Shown here: positions 1 through 13,257 of the stretch, in pieces
Numbering within the stretch: position 1 is the stretch's first letter
Layout: each line of letters starts with the position of its first letter
NCBI GenBank assembly: GCA_022813965.1
Contig: JALDZS010000049.1
Location: 62,001-126,000 of the forward strand
Source of the DNA: Toensbergia leucococca
Taxonomy: Eukaryota
Length of the DNA stretch: 64,000 nucleotides
Reading direction: 5' to 3'
The notes under the pieces: generated by a model
The model's database searches: none
What the model was told of the DNA's origin: nothing
The model's input: the letters and a program-made list of their open reading frames with translations, nothing else
Position numbers and translations under genes: made by a program

Positions 1-429
1 ACGGATTTGGATGGCAGGTTGGTGTTTGGTGGAGACGACGACGACGACGATGATACGATGATGATGGATTTTGGGGCTGAGGGAAGGGAGCCGGGAGATA
101 GGACGCTGGAAGGGGGAGTGGGGGCTTATGTGGATGCTATACGTGGGAGGGATGCTGTGCAGCGAGGGCGGGGGGGCAGGTTGAAGTTTGGGAATCAAAG
201 AGGACGGGAGGAGATGGAGGTTGATGACGAGGATGAGGGGGAGAAGAAGGTGGAAAGGAAGATGGAAAAAAGGTGGAGGGGAGGCAGTGGGAATGGAAGT
301 GGGGGTGCGAGGGGAGGGAGAGATAGGGGCCGTGGGGAAAAGAGTCGGAGGAGGGGGTTGGGAGTTGGAAAAACTAGAGGAGGAAGGGTGGGGAAGAGCG
401 TTGGAAGGGGGAGGGGCGACAGAAGGTGA
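1..429 (+). CDS. RRP12: 3' end of RRP12-like pre-rRNA processing protein (partial, 5' truncated by window)
   Basis: Open frame from window edge with acidic and RG-rich C-terminus, 'GGVGAYVDAIRGRDAVQRGRGGRLKF...GKTRGGRVGK', as I recall for fungal Rrp12 C-termini. Confidence 0.7.
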   Translation, partial: TDLDGRLVFGGDDDDDDDTMMMDFGAEGREPGDRTLEGGVGAYVDAIRGRDAVQRGRGGRLKFGNQRGREEMEVDDEDEGEKKVERKMEKRWRGGSGNGSGGARGGRDRGRGEKSRRRGLGVGKTRGGRVGKSVGRGRGDRR

Positions 430-720
430 TGGGTTGAAAGCGATTCTGGGGGTTGTTGCTCGTATCACTGATGACCATAAGTGTATGTTTGGATGAGCTC
501 TATGACCATATCTACGGTGAACATAAAGATATTTCTACAGCCCCCCACAAAACGTCAATACCGAACCTTTCCACAACCTCTCCAAACCCCAACCATTTCA
601 TCCGCACAATTCCTCCGCACTACTCACTCCTCTTCTATCAAGATTTTTACCAAAAAAACACCTAACTCACCCCTCATCCCCTCCTTCTCTCAAACACTTT
701 AAATCAATTACTATACAACG

Positions 721-776
721 GTGGTCAGCAGCCAGTGGTCGGCAGCCAGGGGTCGGCAGCCAGGGGTCAGCAGCTA
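721..776. repeat. 14-bp minisatellite, 4 copies (GKGGTCRGCAGCYA)
   Basis: gtggtcagcagcca gtggtcggcagcca ggggtcggcagcca ggggtcagcagcta, read directly. Confidence 0.95.
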
Positions 777-1566
777 AAAGTCAAGACCCAAGAGAGACGG
801 AACACACGAAACGACGTTTATTTCAAAGAGCTTCATATGTTTCAACGGGGATGGTAGTAGCAATCTACAGAAACGTCCAAGGAAGCGCACCATTTTGCCA
901 ATTTAAATTTGCTATAGAGTAAGCGATGATGTGATGGGGTGGTTTGTATGCCCAGAAGAGAACTTTGACGGAGGTATCCGTATACGTACAGGAAAATCTG
1001 ACCCGTATGGATATACAATCTCTGTTCGTTCAAAGAAAACGGCTACTACTCTCTCCATCCACTCATCCTCTCTCCCCAAGCAAATCTACCCCGAACTCCT
1101 CCCTCCCCAGCAAAAATCTCTCAAACTTGCAATCTAAGCCCTTCTCGGTCCCCTAGCCCCTTTGATGCCTCATCGACAACGCTCCGGATCAACTGCTGCG
1201 ACATTGTGGTCTCCGATGCTCAGAGCCGAGTGCTCCGGAGGAGTGTTTTGGGGAGAGAAGTGCGGTTGCTTTTGGGCTTGGACGATGGGCGGTCATGCGG
1301 AGCACCTGGGAGGAGTGTGGTGGGGATGTGGTGTTCTTCATGTCGGACAAAGGCCGGTCTGCCTCTTCCCGGTGACTCCGAGTGCCAAGAGAAACTATCA
1401 CTCGAAAGGTCGGAAAGTCTCTCGCACTGTTCGTATCCACGGCGTACATTTGCTTCCAACCAACCCAACGAGTCTCTGGCACCGAAGTATATGGAGAGTG
1501 ATCCAATCGACCCAATCTCAAATGGCCCGGTACCTCTGAAGAAAGAGGTAGAAGAAGAAGCCTTCC

Positions 1567-3816
1567 TCACTTGACCTTACTCATAATTGTCTCCACCTGT
1601 TCCCTTACAACATACATTTCCGCAGCCTTGGCCTTCACACCACCCAACATCGCTCTATCAAAATCATCCCTTGCCCGCAAGACAGCCTCCACCCAACTCA
1701 TCTGCAAATCCCAACACACGTTCTTGAAATCCTCATACGTCCCCGCCACCGCACTCTTATCCGCCTGTAGCATTCTCACTAGGCAATCTACCGCCCTCCA
1801 CTTCTGCTTGATCATAACGAAATCGGGGAATTTCTGGAAAAACGCAAACGCGGCAAGGACGTCATCTTTAAATTTTTCCGTGAACGGATCAGAACGGCGG
1901 AATTTGGCGCCTTTATTACGGACAGAGGAGAGGTACCGGGCCAAGAGGTCGTCGGCGAGTTCTTCGACAAATATGTCAACAAGACTGTGGTGGAGCACTT
2001 CCGAGTAGTCACTGATGTAGTCATCAAAGGTTGACGTGATGCGTTTCATACTGTGCTCCGTGTACCATCTCGGTGTGAAGAAGTCGGGGAGTGTGGAGCG
2101 GAAATCAATGCTGAAAATTAGGGAGACAAAGGTGGTGATGCAGTGGGTACCCAAATCGACGTAGCCGTCGCGGAGGATCTCAAGCTCTTTGTAAGCGTGC
2201 GCCATATACGTGGGGGTGACGAGGCTTTCGAAGTCGCGCTGGAAGCGTGTAAGGTAGCTTACTTGGCCGGCGTCTTCGTTGTCGTCTATACAGGCGATCT
2301 GGTCATTGGCGACGGCAACTAGCCAGTCTTGGAGGACCTGGAGACCTTCTTGATCGCTGGATGGACTCTTGTACTTGGCAGACTCATCGTCCACCATCTT
2401 TTGCCATAAGGCTTGTCGTGACTTCAAGGCTCGGAACATGGCGTCGATGACACCTTCAGTCACATCAGTCCGACTTGAATTGCCAGCCACCATTGTCTGC
2501 TCCCTCAGCATTCGCCACATGTCTCCTAAAGTCTTTGTTCTGAAATAGCCATGCTCGTCATTGTCGAGTGTATCAGGCTTGCGGTCCGTAAAAGCTGCCC
2601 TGTCGGTGGCGAACATGCGATCCATCCACTCATCAACAGATTTGACAATAAGCTGCCGCCATTCTCGAATTAGCTCGCCTTCCCTGCCGTCTAGAAGTTG
2701 TGGCTCCAAGTCTGTAGTTTTCCAACCTAGCTTCGCCATCTTCGCATAGTATTTCTCGCTCCAGTGGATAATGCTTAGCACATGTGCTGGACTTATAGTG
2801 GGATCATCGACGAGCTTGATAAGCCAATCATGCATTAATCGATGATAAATGCTTGTATATGTCTTGAATATGCTCCACTTCTTCGGCATCAAGACCGTCA
2901 TACCGACCTTTACTACATATAAATCATTGAAGTACCACTTCATGGTTTTTTCCAATTTGTCCGGATCCTCCAAGAACGACTCTTCTGCGCTCCGAAATTG
3001 CGATTGAGCATAGATTTCAATGGCCTTGAGAAATTTCTCCTTGTAGCCTCGTAATTGCTTGGGCCCGCCCGTAATAGACTTAAACCTTGAGGCTAGATCT
3101 TTGTATTCTCTCTGAGCATCCTGTAAGGCTTTCACTTTTTTGTCATTCTTCTCCTCCTCTTCTATAATTAGAGCTAACCGGACAACCATTCCTTTGTTAT
3201 CGGCCTGTACAAGGGGTATAAGATTCATGCTAGCAGTGCCAACGTGATCGTCGAACCAGTCCACCACATCATCTAGCCGGATGAAATAATCCTGCAAAGT
3301 CCCCTCCAAAGAGGTGTCTGAGGCTTTTTTGATCTGGTCCATTGCATCATCTCGTATATCTCGTAGCTGAGTAAGACCATAATGCACAGCTAGGAGATTT
3401 GGCTGATTCTCAATATCTTCGTCGTCCTCCCGTAGAAATTGTTCTAACTCTTTCAGTCTTCCGTCAAAGTTATCAATATTCGACTTCATGGCCTCGACCT
3501 GGGAGAAATTTCTGTGGACCTGAGAGACGAGGTTGATGTTGGGAAAGTCGCGAATCATGTTCTGGGCTTCTGCGCAGAGCTTGTCAATCTTCATCATCTC
3601 CTCTTTGATCTGATTGACGGCTCGCTGGCCGTCTCCAATTGAGCTCATGCCAGACTGAGTAAGTTCCAATTGCTCCTTCAGCCCGATTTTAAGTTGGCTA
3701 TCTACAGCAGCTTTCTTGCGTGCGAATTCCAATTTCAGGGCTGGAATCTTGTCGAGATCCTCAGGATGTCGCAGCAGCTCCACCAGCTGGACGGTCGTGC
3801 CATCGGCGTCGGCCAT
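1567..3816 (-). CDS. SEC6: Exocyst complex component Sec6
   Basis: 749-aa intronless ORF; N-terminus 'LLRHPEDLDKIPALKLEFARKKAAVDSQLK' and C-terminus 'ETIMSKVK' typical of fungal Sec6. Confidence 0.95.
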   Translation of the reverse strand: MADADGTTVQLVELLRHPEDLDKIPALKLEFARKKAAVDSQLKIGLKEQLELTQSGMSSIGDGQRAVNQIKEEMMKIDKLCAEAQNMIRDFPNINLVSQVHRNFSQVEAMKSNIDNFDGRLKELEQFLREDDEDIENQPNLLAVHYGLTQLRDIRDDAMDQIKKASDTSLEGTLQDYFIRLDDVVDWFDDHVGTASMNLIPLVQADNKGMVVRLALIIEEEEKNDKKVKALQDAQREYKDLASRFKSITGGPKQLRGYKEKFLKAIEIYAQSQFRSAEESFLEDPDKLEKTMKWYFNDLYVVKVGMTVLMPKKWSIFKTYTSIYHRLMHDWLIKLVDDPTISPAHVLSIIHWSEKYYAKMAKLGWKTTDLEPQLLDGREGELIREWRQLIVKSVDEWMDRMFATDRAAFTDRKPDTLDNDEHGYFRTKTLGDMWRMLREQTMVAGNSSRTDVTEGVIDAMFRALKSRQALWQKMVDDESAKYKSPSSDQEGLQVLQDWLVAVANDQIACIDDNEDAGQVSYLTRFQRDFESLVTPTYMAHAYKELEILRDGYVDLGTHCITTFVSLIFSIDFRSTLPDFFTPRWYTEHSMKRITSTFDDYISDYSEVLHHSLVDIFVEELADDLLARYLSSVRNKGAKFRRSDPFTEKFKDDVLAAFAFFQKFPDFVMIKQKWRAVDCLVRMLQADKSAVAGTYEDFKNVCWDLQMSWVEAVLRARDDFDRAMLGGVKAKAAEMYVVREQVETIMSKVK

Positions 3817-4145
3817 GGTGTGGTAGTGCGACGCCTAATGGTTCATCGTGGTCGACGGACTTGAACTCTTGAAGCTGTGACGGCACATTTACGGCCGGCT
3901 GATGCAGGTCCGAGTGCCGATAGAATCTAGCTTCCGCTCGGACCAAGTTCAATTGTTTCTATTCCAATGCCCTTCGACGATAACATCTATAGAACTCATT
4001 CTTTTGTATTCAGGGCAACGCGTTCAAGTATTGGTGAGCCCTCATTTCTCTGTACTATGATCTCAAGCGCTTACATATTTCAGTTGGGGCTTCGCTGCCC
4101 ACTTTTACCTCGCTACATTACGGTTGATATTATCTCAATACAATC

Positions 4146-4406
4146 ATGCCATTCTTCAAAATCACCCTCATACGATCAGCCATTGGCCTACCCAAGAAGA
4201 CACAGGGCGTTCTCGCAGCTCTAGGTCTACGGAAACGAATGCGGACTGTCTTCCATCCTGTCAGCCCCCAGGTCGCGGGTCAAATTATGAAGGTCAAGGA
4301 GCTGGTTGCTGTATCAGAAGTGGAACAATCGATGACGAACGCGGAGATGAGAGAGCAGAGAAAACCTGATCCTGGATATTATATCGAAACGCCACAACCT
4401 GCATGA
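4146..4406 (+). CDS. MRPL33: Mitochondrial large-subunit ribosomal protein (uL30 family)
   Basis: 86 aa '[16 protein letters not shown]...LGLRKRM...[12 protein letters not shown]'; divergent from SEC6. Confidence 0.93.
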   Translation: MPFFKITLIRSAIGLPKKTQGVLAALGLRKRMRTVFHPVSPQVAGQIMKVKELVAVSEVEQSMTNAEMREQRKPDPGYYIETPQPA

Positions 4407-5085
4407 TGGCATGACGACGAAGATGCACCGAAATATCAAAGCAATCAAAGCATCTCTCAGCTCTGGGAGCAAAGCTGATACCTCTTGAGAAGTTGGAAGC
4501 CAGTCGAAGTGGAATGTATCGACGGATTGTTGACGGCCATGAAGGGTCATCTGACAGTCTCGTGGAGGACTATGGGTAGAGAAATGATAGGTGCAAAGTG
4601 GGAAGCTTGAGCTATGGGAGCTAGGCGGGATGCAAACTATCTAGAAGCACTGCTCTTCACGTGTATATCAGAGAATCTGTGGACAGTTGCGGATGGCATC
4701 TGATTCACTAGCAACGTGAAAGTCAGAACATGCAGTACGAGTACGACGACTCAATGTTGTTTTCGATCTTTTGTGGTGATGTGAAGGTAATTGCGTTTCT
4801 GTATCCGTAATTGGGGACATGGTATCAAAAAATGTACATTGGTCCTTGAATGCTCTGTTCTATTGGCTGAATACGATACGATCAAGCCGTCGAATGAGCT
4901 TGTAAGTATGCGTGCACGTGAAATCACCACCAGATCTGAGCCTTTCCCGAATCGGTTAAATTGATTGATTTATCCACCCGAACTCCGCAGCTCCACTCAT
5001 ACTGTGTACAGTGTGAGTGGCAATCCCCCTGAGTACACCACGTCGTTCATTACACTCTAGAAACCTTCCTTTCGTCAATCGCAGA

Positions 5086-6898
5086 ATGGGGACATCCCGA
5101 ATGCCAATCAGCCTTCGAAATAGCTTTTCAAATCAGAGATTAGCTTCTAAGGGCAGCTTGCTTACTTTTAACATCGACCTGTGAGGCACTCTGACACGGC
5201 TTTTGAAGAAAAATTGAGAATTCGCTGACTAAGTAGGCAGACTTCGTAATATCATATTCTTCCTTTTTGTGCTACGCTGGACTCGAAAAGGTGCCCTCAA
5301 GCTCAAAGGCCGCGGTATCGTCGGTACAGTAGTAGATACTTACATTTCCGTCCGACGAACGCTTTATGGCCTATTTCTCAGAGCCCCCGGTGTACGATCG
5401 CAAGTACAGAAGCAAGTGAACGAAGCAATCACAAAGCTCCAGGGAAAGCTGGTTCCTCACGGACCTGGTGTAAGTCGATATTTGACGCTTCCGAAGGAGG
5501 GATGGACAGAACAGCAAGTCCGGGCAGAATTGGAGAAGCTGGGCGAGATGGAGCATACCCGATGGGAGGATGGTGTTGTGAGCGGGGCAGTTTACCATGG
5601 GGGAAAGGACTTGATCAAACTACAAGCTGAAGCCTTCGAAACCTTTAGCGTTTCAAATCCAATCCACCCGGATGTCTTCCCAGGTGTTCGGAAGATGGAG
5701 GCTGAAGTTGTCGCTATGGTCCTTGCCATGTTCAATGCCCCACCTGGTGCTGCAGGAGTTACCACAAGTGGAGGTACCGAATCCATATTGATGGCCTGCC
5801 TAAGTGCGAGGCAGAAAGGTTATACCGAACGAGGCGTGACAGAGCCAGAAATGTGAACTCAATCTACCTACGAACCCAAAGCTTGGCTAATATGATCAAT
5901 CTAGGATCCTTCCTGAAACTGCACACACCGCCTTCCGCAAAGCCGGGTCTTATTTTGGTATCAAAGTCCACCTGGTCGCCTGCCCCGCCCCCACCTACCG
6001 CGTCCACATCCCCAGCATCTCCCGCCTTGTGAACAGTAACACCGTCCTCCTCGTCGGCTCGGCTCCTAATTTCCCTCACGGCATCATTGACGACATTCCT
6101 TCCCTCTCCCGCCTCGCACTTCGCAAACGACTCCCCCTCCACGTCGATTGCTGCCTCGGTTCCTTCCTCGTCCCCTTCCTAGCGCGCGCTGGCTTCGAAT
6201 CAACCCCTTTTGACTTCACCCTCAAGGGCGTCACTAGCATAAGTTGCGACACGCACAAGTACGGGTTTGCCCCCAAAGGCAACTCCACTGTCCTCTATCG
6301 CACCTCTCTCCTACGTACCTATCAGTACTTCATTTCCCCTGACTGGTCCGGCGGTGTCTATGCCTCCCCCGGAATCGCAGGCTCCCGACCAGGCGCCCTG
6401 ATTGCAGGCTGCTGGGCTAGCTTGATGTCCCAAGGCGAAAGCGGCTACATAGACGCCTGCCACAAAATCGTTGGAGCCGCCAAGAAGATTGAAACCACGC
6501 TGAAGGAGCACCCATCTTTGAGCCCCGATCTCACCGTCATGGGCAAGCCGCTCGTCAGCGTCGTAGCATTCACATCAACCACCCTCAATGTTTACGATCT
6601 CGCCGACGCCATGTCGGCAAAGGGATGGCATCTCAACGCCCTGCAGAACCCGCCGGCGATCCATGTGGCTGTGACGCTACCAATCGTGGCCGCTGTAGAC
6701 CGATTGGTCGGGGATTTGGTGGCTGTTGTTGAGGAGGAGAAAGAGCGGGAGAGGGTGCGGGTCGCAGAGGGAAAGGGAAAGAAGGGAGGCGCAAGTGGGG
6801 ATGCGGCGGCATTGTATGGGGTCGCGGGAAGCTTACCGAATAAGAGTGTGGTGGTGCAATTGGCGGGGGGGTTCCTGGATACGCTGTACAAGGCGTAA
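5086..6898 (+). CDS. DPL1: Sphinganine-1-phosphate aldolase/lyase (PLP-dependent); exons 5086-5180, 5241-5852, 5905-6898
   Basis: 'SGAVYHGG', 'NPIHPDVFPGVRKMEAEV', 'TSGGTESI', 'HVDCCLG', PLP-lysine 'SISCDTHKYG'; two GT-AG introns join the ORF-track pieces in frame. Confidence 0.95.
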
Positions 6899-7281
6899 AG
6901 GGGGGGTTTCGTTGTGCGGGGTTGTGGCTTATTGGCATTTAACTTGCTTTTAGAGCATGAATCAATCTATGGGGGTGGTGACGGGTGTATTTGCTCTGCT
7001 TACATTACATTCTTCACTGTGTTTCTTAGAAAGGAGCATGGGTGAAGCCTTGCATGGTAATAATATTTGCGCCAGGCTTTTTCTGCCTTTGGTATTTATT
7101 GCACGAGCACGATTCGATAGATATATCCAATTGAACGTCTACCCAAAATAAAATCCCGAAGATGTATCGTCACTCTGCGCCAGGAGTGCCCCAACTTTTG
7201 TGAGGCCGTTCCGTCTATATACCAGAGATGTGAGCAAATGCACACCTTTCCCCAAAACAAAAAGGATCGTAATAAATGGTT

Positions 7282-9233
<1,952 letters not shown>

Positions 9234-9337
9234 GGTGAGCCAATTGCAGGACAACGCGATCGGCGACGATTCAAGGAGGTCAATGGGTGAATGGGTGAAT
9301 GTAGCAGTGGGAAAGAAATGGCGGTCTATGTACCTTA

Positions 9338-9586
9338 TGACTCGTTTGAATATCAAGAAATTGTAGTCACAAAACGGCGCTAATTCCCCGCGAAATCGGC
9401 TGAATTGGACCCATCACAAGCGCGAAGGAAAACTTCACGGGCCGATGTTACCGATTGGCTCTTTAGCTGATTGTGGAGTTCTTGCTATGACCTCCATCTT
9501 TGTTGAGTCCGGCATCAATGTGTGTTCCATCAATGTGTTTCAGATAGAAACTGACTCGCTGGATTTTGGTACTACCATGTGAGTCA
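9338..9586. promoter_or_regulatory. Cluster of Gcn4/CpcA (cross-pathway control) elements upstream of homocitrate synthase
   Basis: TGACTC at 9338 and 9552, full TGAGTCA at 9580-9586, 100-350 bp upstream of an amino-acid biosynthesis gene. Confidence 0.65.
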
Positions 9587-10466
9587 AACTGATTTCTTTA
9601 CAAAATTCTCTAGAATAGTCTGCAACAAAAAGGAACCCTCAAATCTAAAAACCCACCATATCTTTTTACCATGAAACGCCCTTCTCAAGTCAGCAAAAGC
9701 ATCGTCATCTTCGTACCAATCTATCCTCCAATCCCTTTCGTACTTAAACCTCTACAGTATATTCCAGGCGTAGAGAAAAGGACATTACTAATCGTCTCCC
9801 ACTCCCCTCCATGCAGAAACAACTGAACCTGCCTCACCCAGGGGTGACATAAATTATTGCCGGTTCTCAGCCTTATTTCCCCATCAAAAACCGGTAATGA
9901 TTTCTGTCACCCTCCTGGTGCCCTCGCCCTCCAAAATCCCTAGCCATCAACTCCTGCTCCTCTCAGACGCACATTAGAATCTTGTGGGCGAAAACCCACC
10001 GTAGCACACGATGCATACTGTTTTCGCGTTTGCTGATCTCACTGTGGATGGTAGCAGTAACCTGTGAGGTGACCTCGCAGTCGTGTGTACTTTGGCATGT
10101 AGAAGTAAACGTGAAAGAGATTTTCTTAAATACGTTAAATGTGAACATGTTTCACTGCAGAAACACCACAACTAACATGAATGTCATTCAAGATGGGGTG
10201 CCAGTTTGGACAGTTGAGAATGTAGCTCCGGCCTTTTGAAATCACTGAGCATACAAGTAAAGTCTAGCACCTGAAGAATTTGGCAAATTATCCCAAGCCT
10301 GGAGCGTAGCACAGCCTCAAGCCTTGAACAGGAAAAAAAAGACCACAGGTTTCTCTCTCGGTACCGAGAGAACCATTCGAAAGTAAAGCAGGCATTGCAC
10401 GTAGCTAAAAACAAGCAAGGAAACCTTCCAGCCGTTCACACCCTTCTGACGCCATGATTGATTATC

Positions 10467-12401
10467 CTACAAATCTATGAGACTTCCGCTACCCTGGTTT
10501 TGCCCTTGATGCTGCTGTGCTCCAAAAGGGTTGCCACTTGACTGTCCAAACGGACTACTTCCGAACCCGTTGATACCTGCCGGCCCGGTCTGCGCTGGCA
10601 TCATTCGAGTTTGCTGCTGCTGCTGTGCACTTAATCCACCCACTGATGCATGATGCTGTGGAGCTCCGGTGAATTGCTGGCTGAAAAATGGATTGTTCCC
10701 AGTTTGTGCAGCGTGCAATTGATTAAGGCCATGGCCAGCGCTGTTGACGAAAGTCCCTGGAGCAGTATGCTGTGATGGAATGCGTAACTCGCCGGTATTA
10801 CCAAATGTATCCATGCCTTCTCCTGACGCAAGAAGAGCGTTAAGGCGCGCATGTTGTGGATTCTGCTCCTTTTGCGGTGGAGGAGGTGATTGTGGAGAAG
10901 AGTACGAGGTGATTGGATTGAACGGTGACTGGTTGAATTGAGTTGCAGTCCTCTGTTCTGCGAGAGAGCTAAGGCTTGGCGGAGTCGGTTGTTGTTGTGA
11001 CTGGGGGCGATTGAAAGAGGATGCAAACGGATTGTTGGAGCCAGTAGGGGTAGGCTTCAGTGGGTCAGTCTGTTGTTGTTGATTTGTAGCCCAAGGATTA
11101 TGAGTTCCGGCTTGTGGTGAAGTCGCCTGCTGCTGTGAAGGTTGAAACTGACTGCCAAAGTCACTGGGCTGCTGCGCATATGGGTTGTTCATGCTGCCAA
11201 ATGCAGGACTCTGGGGCTGGATCGTCGACTGTTGTTGCAAATAGTTTGGTTGCTGCTGCTGATATTGAAACTGGTCGAAGCCTGTTGCTTGGGGTTGGAA
11301 TCCGTTTTGATACCCAGTGTGATGGCCCTGAACCCCGGTCGGCTGCGAGTACGCGTTGTTGAGGAAACCCGTGGTTTGTGGCTGCTGCGGTTGCTGATCT
11401 ACAGGGTTACCAGACCAATCTACAGCACCTTGTTGCTGGTAGCCTTGATTATAACCTGTAAATTGCGGTTGGGTGGTGGGAGTCGGGGTATCATCAAATA
11501 GCGAAGCGGCGTTGCTCTCTTCAAGCTCTCGACGCCGCAGTTCTTCTTCCTCCTTGCTTAATCTAATCGCCTTTGCCAAGTCATCATCGTCTACCGGTAC
11601 TATGGCTTTGCTTTCCCTGCGCTTCTTATCTGCTTCGGCTTCGTACTTGCTAGCTTCAATTGCTAATCGATACTCGGCATCCTCTTCCTCTGTGCCTTGC
11701 TTTCGCCGCTCAGGTCTACGGCGTTGTGTGGCTGGTGGATCACTACCGCCGGTGTAGGATGATCCTTGAGGTCCAAATTCTTCAATACCGGTGACTCTAG
11801 ATTTCCAGGTCTTCCGATCGGAACGTTCGGTTCGTAGTCGCTCTTCATCCAAGACCAAGGATGTGAGTTCCTTCGCAGACACTCGTACTGCTTCTTGTCA
11901 ATTACCGAATACAATCCATGGCTCATAGAAAACTGACCATTTTGACCCACGTCCTTGCCGTCATCGTCGACGTACTGGAACTCCCTTAAGGTTTTGATGA
12001 TGTAGATGTTTTTACGAGCCCAGGTCACTACGAGCTCTGATCCTTCGTGAAGACAGTAGTCCAATACTTTTAACGATTTCAGGACATGACGCCAATTCTT
12101 GCCCTTGTCATTCAATCTCTTGTCAAGCATATCCATGATCTCGTAGAAATCATTTGAACTATCCAATATTTAACCCTGGTCTCCAAGATGGATACCGACT
12201 TACCCATTGAAGGTCATCTGCGCAATCTCGCTCATCTCAGTCCCCGTGGGTCCCCATGGATCATTGCTGGTGGCTAAAGAGGATGTCAACCTAAGACTAT
12301 GGTAGTGAATCAGACATTCAAAGCATACCATTACGAACTTTGACCTGAACGCTAGAGTAGCCCTTTGTGACATTCTTTACTCCACGGATAACCTTGGACA
12401 T
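10467..12401 (-). CDS. ENT1: Epsin (ENTH domain, UIMs, NPF motifs, C-terminal clathrin box; Ent1/Ent2 family); exons 12401-12329, 12273-12204, 12158-11938, 11887-10467
   Basis: 'MSKVIRGVKNVTKGYSSVQVKVRNATSNDPWGP', 'KNWRHVLKSLKVLDY', UIM 'DDDLAKAIRLSKEE', several NPF motifs, C-terminal 'SLIDL'. Confidence 0.95.
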
Positions 12402-13257
12402 GGTGCAACGAATCAATAGTAGGGAAAGGTAACAAGTATTTGTGTGCTCCTGCAACTAGTAGAGGCAGTGAGGTCTGAGGTTGGTGTGCTCTACAAGAGC
12501 AAAGTGAGAATTGTCAGGCAGTCCGCAAAAGCGTTCCGTGTGCGATTAGTGTAGGCGATTAAGGCAAAGCAAAGCCAGAAGCCTTGCCTACCATATGCGA
12601 TTCGGTAATAGCTGTAGACTGTGATGCTAAGGGCTTGAAGAATCCTGCTTGATGATTATCGGGCTAATAATGGTGACTAGGAGGTGAGGTGATCTGTCAA
12701 TGGTAAGCCCGGGTGTGAAGTCGTCGTTGGTGGCAAACGAGCATTAATTCCTTCACTCCACCAGGACTCCAGATGGAATTTAGTACATTCGCTCATATGC
12801 GTTACTCCGAGACTTTTACTCTTGAGCGCAGCGGATGAAGAGATTGGTGAGACACTGTCGCACTCGGCCTCATCGTCGCTCTCATTTAATTGCGCTAGCT
12901 TCTTCTATTTTAGCACACAGCACCCAGCTGTCCATAAGGCTAAGGCTGCTTCCAAAAACACGTGCTCAAGATAAAATCATGTTTCACCATTAAGCACACA
13001 ATTTTGATCTTGTTCTGGAAAGGCTTGTGCAAGTCTCCCTTCACTATCTTCACGTTGTTTCACTTCAGAGAATCAGCTTTTGATAGATCATCCATACTCC
13101 CCTATTTTAGCCTTGGATCTCCTTCCATCTACGAGTACTCTTTCTAGAGCGGGCATAACAATCCAGGCATCTTCCCCTTGAGTATTCCTAGCGAACACTC
13201 AATCTCAATGAGACTACATAGCTAAACCAATCTTGAGATATCCCACTACAGTCTCAT

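Noticed and set aside
721..776. CRISPR-like array
   Set aside because: Head-to-tail repeats with no unique spacers, in eukaryotic context with no cas genes
920..1003. Possible C/D box snoRNA (ATGATG...CTGA)
   Set aside because: C box imperfect; no terminal stem or recognisable rRNA guide
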